Below, one piece after another: positions 15,258 to 24,419 of a stretch of 32,000 bases of DNA. The stretch lies in the NCBI RefSeq assembly GCF_000008665.1, contig NC_000917.1:330001-362000 (forward strand), given 5' to 3'. Numbering within the stretch: position 1 is the first letter of the stretch; each line of letters opens with the position of its first letter. The notes beneath the pieces are model-generated. The model worked only from the letters and a program-made list of their open reading frames with translations. It was not told the origin of the DNA and made no database searches. Source of the DNA: Archaeoglobus fulgidus DSM 4304. Lineage in GTDB: Archaea > Halobacteriota > Archaeoglobi > Archaeoglobales > Archaeoglobaceae. Both the position numbers and the translations under genes were made by a program.

Positions 15258-17864
15258 TTACAGATCAAGCTGAATGATTTCTCCATTCTGAACCTGACTC
15301 TCGTAAATGGTTATCTCCTTTACGACATTTCCTGCCTTTATGTGGTACGGCGTAATCGGCTTGACGGGATAATCCGAGTTATGGGAGTACGGGAGTACAA
15401 CTGTGTATGTGCCGTTTTTAACCTCGACCGTCTGCCAGTACTCGAATGTTCTGTTCTGGTTCGTTTTGATTGTTGCGTTTACGCTAACCTCAGTAACGTT
15501 GGCAGAAACTTTGCCGGTAACCACAGCCCCCTTCACTCTCTCGAAAATCTTCACATACCCTGAAGGCGCAATCTTTACGGGAATTCCCATCTTCTTTTCG
15601 TAAAGCTGGGTGTAGGCGTACTTGTAGAGAACTTCCTGCGTTCCCATTGTTGGAGAAACACCGTATCTCGCTCTCATCACCGCCTCGTAGAGCGCAGTCT
15701 GAAGAACCTGGCTCTCGTTGTTCAGGTTGACCTGAGAGGAGTAGGACTTCCACTCAGCGGGATAGTCGCTCTCGTAAATCATCCTGTAGTGGGACAGACC
15801 GCTACCGTCAAACAGATGGAGCTTTGCCTCCATAGTGCTGTAGTAAAGCTCGCTTGGGATTCTCAGTGGGATGATGATGGAGTTCAGCGGGATGTCCCAC
15901 TGGGAATTCGCATAGCCGAATGTGCCCGTGGGTGAGTAGTAGAAGTATCCGCCGTAGTATTTCTCGGCAAGAGGTAAATCTCCTTCAGCCCAAACGGCCA
16001 TTGCGTAGTACTTCCCCGTTTCCATCTCAATGTCGCTAACAACGTATTTCACGTTCAGCTTCTCTGCAACAAACTCCGCATAGCTCTCGTTCTCGGCCGT
16101 GAAGAATGATGATGCACCAGGAACATTGTTGTACTTGTTCCCTATTCCCGCTTGGAATGGGTTGGCGATGGGCATGCGGTGGGCTACGGCCTCAATCCAG
16201 TGCCCGTAATCCCACCAGCTTATTACCCCATAGGTTTCGAAGGGGTAGCTGAAGGGCTCCTTATTGCTCTGGGGTGTTGGGTAAAGCTGCAGGTAGTACT
16301 CGTCGTACTTTTCTCCATCAGGCGTGTTTTCTCTCATCCACGTCAGAGCATCGTACCACTGCTTGTTCGGCCCTCCTGCATAGGAGCTCTGCGCATCCGC
16401 GAGGATGTAGGTGGGGTAGATTGCGGCCAAGGCTATCAGAAGGGCAAATGCAACCCTGAAGTAGCTCAGCTTATTTCTCGCCCCAATAGCGTTCTCCAAC
16501 GCCCTGTAAAGGTGAAGTTTATCGAAAACCACGGAGAGTGCCAGTGCCGAGTAAACAGCAGAAACTGCGGCGAAATAATACGCGAACCTGTTCTGCCCCC
16601 AGAGAGCGATGAACATGGCGATGGCCCAGATCAGAAGAGCCATTTCTGGAAAGCTTCTCCTCTTAAGAAATCTGTAAGCAGAGTACAGAATTCCAGCCAT
16701 GCCGAAGAAAAATAAAGCGCCAAAGTGCAATACGGCATTGGTGAGAGTAAACTCCCCATTGTGAGTGAAGAAGAAAGGATACACTTCAGCAATTGTTAAC
16801 GCTCCTCCCTTCGGCTGAACAACGCGTACTACCGAAAGCAAATTTCTTGCAAAATCAGGGGAAATTACGAAGAAGAGCCCCATTATGAGGGCGGTTAGAA
16901 CAATAACGGCCAGTGGCATACCTTTTCTTCCCAAACCCACTCTTTCGAAAAATCCGACATCGTTCCACTTTTCAATCTGGTAAAATGCGGCAGCTATTAC
17001 CGCCGAGCCGAGAAGGACGAGAAGCTGGAAGGGAGAGTAGAAGATGGTACTAAATCCGGGATAGTTGAAGGCAAAGGGAAGGTAAATTAATGCCGAAACT
17101 GCGAACGTTACAACTGCAACAAGAGAGAGGTTTTTCCTGTCCGCATTGACGAATCCGGCAAGAACGAAAGCGAAGAACATGAACGCCAGAATAATTGGGG
17201 CTATAATAAATCCAGCTCCCCACGAAAGCACGTACAGCCCAATGGTTATTCCTGCAATTACTGGGTATGCCATCTGCCTCGCCGTTAGATTGTGGCTCAA
17301 GTCGTGCCCTTTCCACCTGTTGTAAGCAAGCAGGAATGTTCCTAGAGCGGAGACCTGCCAGAAAGCTTCCCAAATGTGGTGATCGTTGAAGCCGAGAATG
17401 CTCCTTTGCAAGAACTGTCCGGGTACTATCGCAATGAGGAATGCCGCGATAACGGCTGCTCTCTTGTCAAAAACCTCCCTAGTCAACAGATATACCGGGA
17501 GTATAGCCAGAACACCTCCAATTGCTGGTATAAATGCCAGAACTGCTCTTAAGCTTTCACCGCTCGTAGCGGAAAAAATGATTCCCGCAATAGATCCAAG
17601 ATAAACCAAGAATGGCCCAAAGTGTGTGTATGAGCCGTAGGGGTAGTAAGTGAACGGATCAAACCAAATTCTGTGCGGAAAGTTGTGAATTGTGTTCTCA
17701 ATCAGCCTGTAGTAATACCACGGATCGTTTCCACCAAGCCTGACCGTCCAGGTAAATACGCTATTCCACGGGTTCAGAATTCTAAGCTTTACTGAAATCA
17801 GTGCTGCGATGACAAGAACTGATAAGTGCCAGTATTTTTTAAACCAACTCTCAGCATTCTGCAT
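15258..17864 (-). CDS. aglB: Archaeal oligosaccharyltransferase AglB (STT3 homologue), long form
   Basis: 868 aa. Polytopic N-terminal half and a WWDYGHW catalytic-site motif in the C-terminal globular half. Length and N-terminus match my recollection of A. fulgidus AglB-L. Confidence 0.97.
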   Translation of the reverse strand: MQNAESWFKKYWHLSVLVIAALISVKLRILNPWNSVFTWTVRLGGNDPWYYYRLIENTIHNFPHRIWFDPFTYYPYGSYTHFGPFLVYLGSIAGIIFSATSGESLRAVLAFIPAIGGVLAILPVYLLTREVFDKRAAVIAAFLIAIVPGQFLQRSILGFNDHHIWEAFWQVSALGTFLLAYNRWKGHDLSHNLTARQMAYPVIAGITIGLYVLSWGAGFIIAPIILAFMFFAFVLAGFVNADRKNLSLVAVVTFAVSALIYLPFAFNYPGFSTIFYSPFQLLVLLGSAVIAAAFYQIEKWNDVGFFERVGLGRKGMPLAVIVLTALIMGLFFVISPDFARNLLSVVRVVQPKGGALTIAEVYPFFFTHNGEFTLTNAVLHFGALFFFGMAGILYSAYRFLKRRSFPEMALLIWAIAMFIALWGQNRFAYYFAAVSAVYSALALSVVFDKLHLYRALENAIGARNKLSYFRVAFALLIALAAIYPTYILADAQSSYAGGPNKQWYDALTWMRENTPDGEKYDEYYLQLYPTPQSNKEPFSYPFETYGVISWWDYGHWIEAVAHRMPIANPFQAGIGNKYNNVPGASSFFTAENESYAEFVAEKLNVKYVVSDIEMETGKYYAMAVWAEGDLPLAEKYYGGYFYYSPTGTFGYANSQWDIPLNSIIIPLRIPSELYYSTMEAKLHLFDGSGLSHYRMIYESDYPAEWKSYSSQVNLNNESQVLQTALYEAVMRARYGVSPTMGTQEVLYKYAYTQLYEKKMGIPVKIAPSGYVKIFERVKGAVVTGKVSANVTEVSVNATIKTNQNRTFEYWQTVEVKNGTYTVVLPYSHNSDYPVKPITPYHIKAGNVVKEITIYESQVQNGEIIQLDL

Positions 17865-17904
17865 GGCAGAAAAAGTAAAATGCTTAATTTAAACTTTCTG
17901 ATAG

Positions 17905-18660
17905 ATGCTGACCTTCGTTGGACTCGGACTTTGGGACGTCAAAGACATTTCAGTCAAGGGACTGGAGGCCGTAAGGGAGGCTGATGAGGTTTACGTGGAG
18001 TATTATACGTCGAAGCTTTTGAGCAGCATTGAGGAAATGGAAGAATTCTTCGGTAAGAGAGTTGTTGAGCTGGAGAGGAGCGACCTTGAGGAAAACAGCT
18101 TCAGGTTGATAGAGAGAGCAAAGAGTAAAAGTGTTGTGCTGCTTGTCCCCGGAGACCCAATGGTTGCAACCACGCACTCCGCAATTAAGCTTGAGGCGGA
18201 GAGGAAAGGCGTCAAAACGAGAATCATCCACGGGGCAAGCATTTCTACCGCTGTTTGCGGACTAACGGGTTTGCACAACTATAGATTCGGAAAATCCGCG
18301 ACTGTAAGCTGGCACAGGTCGCAGACGCCGGTTAATGTTATTAAGGCTAATCGAAGCATCGACGCACACACGCTGCTGTTTTTAGACCTCCATCCGGAGC
18401 CAATGACGATAGGGCATGCCGTAGAAAACCTAATCGCCGAAGATGCCCAAATGAAAGACCTTTACGCAGTGGGGATAGCCAGAGCGGGGAGTGGAGAGGA
18501 AGTGGTTAAGTGCGACAGGCTCGAAAATCTGAAGAAAATTGACTTTGGCAAACCCCTCCACGTGATGGTTGTCCTTGCAAAAACTCTGCACTTCATGGAG
18601 TTTGAGTGCCTGAGAGAGTTTGCCGACGCTCCTGCAGAGCTTGAGAGGTTGGTAGCATGA
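17905..18660 (+). CDS. dphB: Diphthine synthase (Dph5/DphB, tetrapyrrole-methylase fold)
   Basis: 251 aa. MLTFVGLGLWDVKDISVKGLEAVREADEVYVEYYTS and VPGDPMVATTH are typical of diphthine synthases. Confidence 0.93.
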   Translation: MLTFVGLGLWDVKDISVKGLEAVREADEVYVEYYTSKLLSSIEEMEEFFGKRVVELERSDLEENSFRLIERAKSKSVVLLVPGDPMVATTHSAIKLEAERKGVKTRIIHGASISTAVCGLTGLHNYRFGKSATVSWHRSQTPVNVIKANRSIDAHTLLFLDLHPEPMTIGHAVENLIAEDAQMKDLYAVGIARAGSGEEVVKCDRLENLKKIDFGKPLHVMVVLAKTLHFMEFECLREFADAPAELERLVA

Positions 18661-18749
18661 TAATTCCTGAAAGGGAAAAGTGGGGGCTGTTTCTGCTTTT
18701 TCTTGGGCTTCTTCTGGCAGGCTACATGCACTGGAGGTTTTCGTTATGA
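18657..18749 (+). CDS. Candidate 30-aa single-pass membrane micro-ORF bridging dphB and the RPA-like gene
   Basis: ATG 18657-18659 overlaps the dphB TGA (ATGA). TGA 18747-18749 overlaps the downstream ATG at 18746 (ATGA). Peptide MIIPEREKWGLFLLFLGLLLAGYMHWRFSL has a central hydrophobic helix. Confidence 0.3.
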   Translation: MIIPEREKWGLFLLFLGLLLAGYMHWRFSL

Positions 18750-19390
18750 AGATTCCAAAAACGTATGATGAGATAATGGAGCATTTCGGCGGGCTTATTG
18801 ATGAGGTGACCGCGGAACTGCTCGAAAGCTACGCAAAGGGAGAAACTGTGAGGGTGAGTGAGGCGTTGGCCAAAAGCGGCAGAGTTGCCGTTGAAGGCGT
18901 GGTTTTGAGGGTTTTTCCCGTAAGGCATTTCAGCAAAAACGGCAGGAGCGGAAAGGTTGGAAGCGTTGTAATTCAGGACGACTGCACGGTTAGAGTTAAC
19001 TTCTGGAATGAGGCGGCAGAGATAATAGAGGCTGGGGATATTGTGGAAGGAGCGAGGATAAAAGTAAGGGGCTATGCGAGGGGGGAGGAGATACACGTCA
19101 ACAGCCTCTCGGAGGTGGAGGTTTTTGTCGACTTTGTAAATATCTCTGAGCTTGATGAGAAGGTTGGGGAGAGGGTAAACGTAAAGGGCTTTGTATCCGG
19201 ACTGGGTGAGCCGGAAAAGGCCAATGAAATATACATTTCAGATGAGACTGGCAGAGTGAAGGTTTTACTGGAAAATGAGAGCCTCTACTATGCCGTTGAC
19301 ATTGGGTCCTACGTTGAGATATACAACGCTCTGGCCGGAGAGGATGGCATTTACGTCGATAGAAATTCGAGGTTCAGTGTTGGGGAGTAG
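18746..19390 (+). CDS. OB-fold ssDNA-binding protein, RPA-like (two OB folds)
   Basis: I chose ATG 18746 (GGAGG at 18733-18737) over the track's GTG at 18680. VEGVVLRVFPVRHFSKNGRSGKVGSVVIQDDCTVRVNFWNEAAE...IKVRG fits the archaeal RPA OB pattern. A second OB-like unit is VNVKGFVSGLGEP...YISDETGRVKVLL. Confidence 0.6.
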   Translation: MKIPKTYDEIMEHFGGLIDEVTAELLESYAKGETVRVSEALAKSGRVAVEGVVLRVFPVRHFSKNGRSGKVGSVVIQDDCTVRVNFWNEAAEIIEAGDIVEGARIKVRGYARGEEIHVNSLSEVEVFVDFVNISELDEKVGERVNVKGFVSGLGEPEKANEIYISDETGRVKVLLENESLYYAVDIGSYVEIYNALAGEDGIYVDRNSRFSVGE

Positions 19391-19704
19391 AAGAGGTGGG
19401 ATTCGCAATCGCAGTCGGAGCATCCGAATCCCCTAATTCTTTCAAAACTCTCGAACCTTTGTGCAAGCCCGCATTCCGGCTCTTTAGAAAGTATAGCTCC
19501 CACCACCTCCATTTTAGCTGAGATATAGTCGATGTGCCACCTCTTCTTCTTTTTGATGGAAAAGTGCCGCTTTACTCTGTGAACACCGCTATTGGCACTG
19601 CCGACATAGTAGTAATAGCCCCTCCTGAACGCTATGACCCCCAGCGCTCCCACCCTCACCTGAAAATATTCACAACAGCGGAGCACCAAGACGTAGGAGG
19701 TCAC
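19351..19704 (-). CDS. GIY-YIG-superfamily (DUF123 / Uri-like) putative endonuclease
   Basis: 117 aa with a GTG start. Motifs GYYYYVGSA, RVKRHF, KKRWHIDY and the C-terminal GFGCSDCDCESHLFY. The 3' end overlaps the convergent RPA-like gene by 40 nt. Confidence 0.7.
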   Translation of the reverse strand: MTSYVLVLRCCEYFQVRVGALGVIAFRRGYYYYVGSANSGVHRVKRHFSIKKKKRWHIDYISAKMEVVGAILSKEPECGLAQRFESFERIRGFGCSDCDCESHLFYSPTLNLEFLST

Positions 19705-19724
19705 GCCGAAAGTAGAGCCAAGAC

Positions 19725-19732
19725 TTATAAAT
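19725..19732. promoter_or_regulatory. Single shared TATA-like element in a 46-bp divergent spacer
   Basis: ttataaat lies 19 nt from ATG 19751 (+ strand gene) and 21 nt from GTG 19704 (- strand gene). This spacing suggests short or absent leaders on both sides. Confidence 0.35.
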
Positions 19733-19750
19733 GGACACCTTACTTAGCCC

Positions 19751-20692
19751 ATGAGATGGTCGATCATCTTTACAGCCTTGCTTCTAACCCTTTGCATATC
19801 TCCGCCGGCAGAAGAGCTTTCGCGGGAGGAGTACTGCAGCAAGGTCTGGAGATACGACTACGAATGCGCGCTAAATTACATTCTGAACGATGAAGAAGTT
19901 CAGAAAGTTGCGGCCGTTGCGGAGAAGCTGAAAGGAGTTGACTGCAAGGACACAGCGTGGAAAATACTTGAGTGGGAGGATGAGAATCTCGTTTACGATG
20001 TTGAGAAGGCAAGTCTCCCACCTCCGCAGATTGTGGTCAGAGGCAAGGAAGTTGAGGTGTACGACACGGGTAGATACATTCAAACGCCATCCGAAACGAT
20101 AATGCTTCGAAAGGGCATCTGCACGGATTACGCTTTTCTTACACTCGCTCTTCTCAAGTACAACGGTTGTAAAGGTTATCTGGTTAATGTGACCTTTGAG
20201 AACGATGATGTCGGGCATGTTGCTGCAGCCATAGCCGTCAACGGAACTTACTTCATTCTCGACCAGCACCTCCCGCCCTTCGACCCTCAGGGATACTTCA
20301 TCAAATGGTTAAGGGATGGGAAGAGGATTGAGAAGGCAGAGATCATTGATAACAACACCACCATACCGCTCAACCTTTCCATCGGGTATGTGGCAAGCGA
20401 TAGAGATGCGAAATCGCTCGAATCAAGAATCCGTCAGTACTTTAAAGGCACTGGAATAAGAGAAGATCCAAGACTGAACGGTGAGAAACTACCTTTAGGA
20501 TACAGGGAAGGCTACACGCTCAAATTGAGCCTTGAGATGGCAGAATACTACCATCCTGAATTTGAAAGGCAGTATGCGGAGCACATCTACAAACTCCTTG
20601 AAGAGAGCATCGAAGGAAGGTTTAAGGCGTTCAACCTTCACTTGTCTATTAAGGGAGATGTGATGGAGATCGTTCTTTACCTCGCAAGGTGA
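19751..20692 (+). CDS. Secreted or lipid-anchored transglutaminase-like (papain-fold Cys-His-Asp) protein
   Basis: 313 aa. Signal peptide MRWSIIFTALLLTLCISPP. Triad context GICTDYAFLTLALL ... GHVAAAI ... ILDQ. Confidence 0.7.
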   Translation: MRWSIIFTALLLTLCISPPAEELSREEYCSKVWRYDYECALNYILNDEEVQKVAAVAEKLKGVDCKDTAWKILEWEDENLVYDVEKASLPPPQIVVRGKEVEVYDTGRYIQTPSETIMLRKGICTDYAFLTLALLKYNGCKGYLVNVTFENDDVGHVAAAIAVNGTYFILDQHLPPFDPQGYFIKWLRDGKRIEKAEIIDNNTTIPLNLSIGYVASDRDAKSLESRIRQYFKGTGIREDPRLNGEKLPLGYREGYTLKLSLEMAEYYHPEFERQYAEHIYKLLEESIEGRFKAFNLHLSIKGDVMEIVLYLAR

Positions 20693-20720
20693 GGGTAAGA
20701 GTTATTTATAATGCATCCAA

Positions 20721-21221
20721 ATGAAATGTGTGGAAGTGCACGTCATAGACTCCAGTGCGATCTTCCAGAGAAAGGCCGTTTACAGGAACATGGTTACCGT
20801 GCCAGAGGTAGTGGCAGAGATCCTCGACGAGGCTTCGGCACTGTACTTCAGCGTAAAAAACTTCAGGGTGGAGGAGGCGAGTCCTGAGAGCGTTGAAGAG
20901 GTGAAGGAGGCTGCGAGAAAAACCGGTGACATCCACAAGCTCTCAGATACGGACATAAAGGTACTGGCAAAGGCTCTGGATGAAATAAAGAAGGGGAACG
21001 AGGTCGTTCTTGTAACCGACGATTACGCTATCCAGAATGTGGCAATGAGCCTTGGAATAAGGTTCGACGGCATTCTCCACAGACAGATATCAAAAGAATT
21101 TAAATGGGTGAAGGTGTGTAGAGGATGTGGTAGAAGAATTGAGTCTGAAATTTGCCCCGTGTGTGGGAGTGAGGCTATAATTAGGAGGGTTAAAAATGAC
21201 AAAAATCGAAACTCTGGTTGA
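20721..21221 (+). CDS. nob1: Nob1-like endonuclease (PIN domain + C-terminal zinc ribbon), 16S rRNA 3'-end maturation
   Basis: 166 aa. PIN acidic residues (VIDSSAIF; LSDTDIKVLA; LVTDDYAIQNVAMSLGI) and the zinc ribbon CRGCGRRIESEICPVCGS. The start could instead be the GTG at 20730. Confidence 0.75.
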   Translation: MKCVEVHVIDSSAIFQRKAVYRNMVTVPEVVAEILDEASALYFSVKNFRVEEASPESVEEVKEAARKTGDIHKLSDTDIKVLAKALDEIKKGNEVVLVTDDYAIQNVAMSLGIRFDGILHRQISKEFKWVKVCRGCGRRIESEICPVCGSEAIIRRVKNDKNRNSG

Positions 21222-21783
21222 GAGGGCTAGAAGGCTTAAGGAGAAGGGCTTAACGACTGAAGAGATTGCTGATGAGCTCAACGTTTCAAGAGAAACTGCA
21301 TTATGGTTGATTACGAGAGTGGGCGAGACACCGCCTTCTGACATTTACGTGGAGTGGAGGGAGCTGACTAAGCCTTCGAGGCTTAGACTTGTTGCGATGG
21401 CTATGGCAGACATGATAGTGAGCGAGGTGAAGGAGGATATAGAGGTGGTTGTGGGTATTGCCACCAGCGGAATACCCCTCGCCGCAATGGTTGCGGAAGA
21501 GCTTGGATGCGAGTTCACAATCTACTACCCAAGAAAGTTCAAGACGGATGAGGAGAAGCCTAAAGGCGGAATTCTCAGCGAGAACTTTGCGAGAGTTTCG
21601 GGGAAGAAGTGCGCAATTGTAGATGACATAACTTCAACCGGGAGGTCGATAAAGGAGGCTATAGAGGTGATAGAGGCTAACGATGGGAAAGCCGTCTGCG
21701 CGGCGGTCATAGTGAACAAGAGGGGAGGAAACGAAATAGAAGGCATCCCCCTGCTTAGCATGCTCAAGATTCTGAGGATATAA
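21196..21783 (+). CDS. Orotate-phosphoribosyltransferase-like protein with an N-terminal HTH (PyrE-like / GfcR-type regulator family)
   Basis: 195 aa. HTH segment LTTEEIADELNVSRETALWLITR. PRTase fold with the PRPP loop CAIVDDITSTGRS. SD aggaggg at 21183-21189. Overlaps nob1 by 26 nt. Confidence 0.8.
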   Translation: MTKIETLVERARRLKEKGLTTEEIADELNVSRETALWLITRVGETPPSDIYVEWRELTKPSRLRLVAMAMADMIVSEVKEDIEVVVGIATSGIPLAAMVAEELGCEFTIYYPRKFKTDEEKPKGGILSENFARVSGKKCAIVDDITSTGRSIKEAIEVIEANDGKAVCAAVIVNKRGGNEIEGIPLLSMLKILRI

Positions 21784-22700
21784 TGGATGTAACGGTCGTT
21801 ATCCCAACGCTGAACGAGGAGGAGGCCATTGGAGAGGTCGTTGAGGGATTCGCCAAAAGAGGATTTAGAGTTCTTGTAATCGACGGAAACAGCAAGGACA
21901 GGACAAGGGAAATTGCAAGGGAAAAAGGCGCTGAGGTAGTAATTCAGAGCGGGAAGGGGAAGGGGCAGGCTGTTGCGGAAGCTTTCGAGATTGTTGATAG
22001 CGACATACTGGTTCTCGTGGACGGAGATGGAACTTACCTTCCGGAAGAGGTTTACAGGCTTCTTGAACCAATAAAGGAAGGCGGGGCTGATCACGTGATT
22101 GGAAACAGGTTTGCCAGCTTTGAGAAGGGGGCATTCACTAGACTGAACTTAATTGGGAACAAGCTTCTCAACATGTTTTTCCGGCTGGCGTACGGAGTGG
22201 AGCTGAGAGATATTCTCTCAGGCTACAGAGCGCTAAAAAAAGAGGTTTACAAATCTGTAGAGCTTACAAAACCCGGTTTTGAGGTTGAAACCGAGCTAAC
22301 GGTAGAGACGCTTGCAAAGGGCTTCAGAATTGTTGAAGTGCCCATCACCTACAGAAAAAGGGGAGGAAAGACGAAGCTGAATCCTTTAAGAGACGGATTC
22401 AGGATTGGGAAAACAATTTATGAGTTGATGAGCAGGTACAGCCCTGCAAGATACCTCTACATTTTCGGCCTGATTTTCATCATCGCCGGGCTGATTTCAG
22501 GAGCCTTTGTCGTTTACGAGTGGTTTTTGAGGATTACGCATTATTTGCTGGCAATTCTTACAGCACTTTTCATAATCACGGGAGTTCAGCTAATCATGTT
22601 CGGCCTTATAGCTGATTTTATATTCAGAAGCAACGTCGAGTTCAGAAAAGAACTCAGAAGGCTCAGAGAGGCGATGGAGGTTGAAGGTAAGGGAGATTGA
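21783..22700 (+). CDS. GT2 family polyprenyl(dolichyl)-phosphate glycosyltransferase (DPM1/AglD/AglJ-like) with C-terminal TM helices
   Basis: 305 aa. GT-A motifs VVIPTLNEEEAI, IDGNSKD and LVDGDGT (DxD). Two C-terminal hydrophobic helices. The ATG overlaps the upstream TAA (TAATG). Confidence 0.85.
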   Translation: MDVTVVIPTLNEEEAIGEVVEGFAKRGFRVLVIDGNSKDRTREIAREKGAEVVIQSGKGKGQAVAEAFEIVDSDILVLVDGDGTYLPEEVYRLLEPIKEGGADHVIGNRFASFEKGAFTRLNLIGNKLLNMFFRLAYGVELRDILSGYRALKKEVYKSVELTKPGFEVETELTVETLAKGFRIVEVPITYRKRGGKTKLNPLRDGFRIGKTIYELMSRYSPARYLYIFGLIFIIAGLISGAFVVYEWFLRITHYLLAILTALFIITGVQLIMFGLIADFIFRSNVEFRKELRRLREAMEVEGKGD

Positions 22701-23682
22701 GGAGCTGTTTCATCAAAATCTACATGAGCTGGGAGAGAGGGCTGATGCGCTGAACGACAGAGTGATGTTCGTCGTAAACAGGCACATAAACTACACCGAC
22801 ATCTGCGTTGCCAAATGCCCTCTCTGCGCCTTCAACAACAGAGAAGGTTATCTGCTATCTCCGGAAGAAATTCTGAGGAAGGTGAGGGAGGTTGATGGCA
22901 TAACGGAAGTACACATTGTTGGGGGGCACAATCCCGAAGTTGGGGTGGAATACTTCGAGGAGGTTTTCAGGAGAATCAAGAGAGAGAAGCCAGAGGTTGT
23001 GATTAAAGCCTTGACTGCAACTGAAGTTTACTACTACGCCAAGAAGGAGAAAATGAGCATCAGGGAGTTTCTCAGCAGGCTTAAGGATGCGGGTCTTCAA
23101 GCGATGCCGGGCGGTGGGGCTGAGATTCTCGTTGATTCTGTAAGGAGAAAAATCAGCCCAAACAAGTGCTCAAGCGATGAGTGGTTGAGGGTTATGAAGA
23201 TTGCCCACGAGCTTGGAATCAAGAGCAACGCCACGATGCTTTTCGGTCATGTTGAGGAAATAAGGCACAGAGCCATCCACCTCTACAGGCTGAGGAAGCT
23301 TCAGGAGAAGACTGGAGGCTTTGTCTCCTTCATACCTCTCGTTTACCATCCAGAGAACAACCCCCTCGGCAAAATCGTGAGGGAGAAAACCAACCCCGTT
23401 GACATTCTGAAAACAATAGCTGTTTCAAGAATCGCTTTGGACAACTTCAGGAGCGTGAGGGCTTACTGGGTCATGCTGGGGGAGAAGCTGACAGAGGTTG
23501 CTCTGAGGTTCGGGGCGAACGATATAGATGGGACGGTTGTTGAGGAGAAAGTAACGCATGCTGCAGGCGCTGAAACGCCCGCAGGATTGACAGTTGAGAG
23601 GCTCGTGGAGATTTGCAGGAGTGCTGGCAAGAGAGTCGGGCAGAGGGATACCTTCTGCAACATCCTGAAGTGGTACGCATGA
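22681..23682 (+). CDS. Radical SAM enzyme of the MqnC/MqnE (futalosine-pathway menaquinone) family, paralog 1
   Basis: 333 aa. CX3CX2C cluster in INYTDICVAKCPLCAF, then PGGGAEIL and GANDIDGT. Adjacent to mqnA. The only available start is TTG 22681, 20 nt inside the GT2 gene, so the start is uncertain. MqnC versus MqnE cannot be decided by eye. Confidence 0.8.
   Translation: MKVREIEELFHQNLHELGERADALNDRVMFVVNRHINYTDICVAKCPLCAFNNREGYLLSPEEILRKVREVDGITEVHIVGGHNPEVGVEYFEEVFRRIKREKPEVVIKALTATEVYYYAKKEKMSIREFLSRLKDAGLQAMPGGGAEILVDSVRRKISPNKCSSDEWLRVMKIAHELGIKSNATMLFGHVEEIRHRAIHLYRLRKLQEKTGGFVSFIPLVYHPENNPLGKIVREKTNPVDILKTIAVSRIALDNFRSVRAYWVMLGEKLTEVALRFGANDIDGTVVEEKVTHAAGAETPAGLTVERLVEICRSAGKRVGQRDTFCNILKWYA
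23105..23196 (+). repeat. Near-identical tract shared with paralog 2 (copy 1)
   Basis: 92 nt with 3 mismatches to 24872-24963, all synonymous. Flanking sequence falls to roughly half identity. Confidence 0.85.
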
Positions 23683-24419
23683 GGGTTGGCAAATTCGACT
23701 ACCTCAACAATTTTCTGCCCTACTACTTTCTCAACGAGAAGGTTGAGATTGTTGAGGCAAATCCGAGGGAAATGGCTTCAATGCTCCTATCTGGCAGAAT
23801 TGACTACGCTCCAGTGCCAGCATTCTTCTACCTCAAAAACAGGGAAAGGCTGAGACACTACGAGTTCTGTGTTGCCTCCGAAGGCAAAGTGCTCAGCGTA
23901 GTGGTGGTTTCGAGAAAAAAGGAGCTGGATGATGGGTCAATTGCCGTAACTCCCCACTCCCTAACCTCCGTCAACCTCCTAAAAATTCTGCTTGCTGAGA
24001 GGGGAATGAAGAACATGCTTGTAGAGGTTAACACTGCAAAAGCCTCGGAAATGCTCGAACTCTGCCCTCATGCGCTCGTTATTGGGGATGAGGCAATTAA
24101 GGCGAGGATGATTTACAAAGTCGTTATGGATCTGGGGGAGGAGTGGTACGAGCTTACTTCTCTGCCCGCAGTTTTTGGAATATCAGCCTCTCTGAAAGAA
24201 ACAAATGCGGAGGAAATGGACAGGAAGATTTTGATGGCAACTGAGGAAGGCTACAGGAGGTTCGATGAAGTTGTTAGAGCGGCAGAGAAAGCCTTTAAGA
24301 TGCCGAGGGAGTTCCTTGAGGAGTACTTCAGAACGCTTAAGTTCAGGTTGAGCAGCAAGGAAAGGAGGGGGCTTGATGAATTCGAGAAGTACTGCAGAGA
24401 TTACGGACTACTTGAATGA
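23679..24419 (+). CDS. mqnA: Chorismate dehydratase MqnA (futalosine pathway), periplasmic-binding-protein-like fold
   Basis: I chose ATG 23679 (ATGA overlap with the upstream stop) over the track's 23613. MRVGKFDYLNNFLPYYFL resembles the MqnA N-terminus (RIGxISYLNxLPFYY, from memory). Lies between two Mqn radical SAM genes. Confidence 0.7.
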   Translation: MRVGKFDYLNNFLPYYFLNEKVEIVEANPREMASMLLSGRIDYAPVPAFFYLKNRERLRHYEFCVASEGKVLSVVVVSRKKELDDGSIAVTPHSLTSVNLLKILLAERGMKNMLVEVNTAKASEMLELCPHALVIGDEAIKARMIYKVVMDLGEEWYELTSLPAVFGISASLKETNAEEMDRKILMATEEGYRRFDEVVRAAEKAFKMPREFLEEYFRTLKFRLSSKERRGLDEFEKYCRDYGLLE

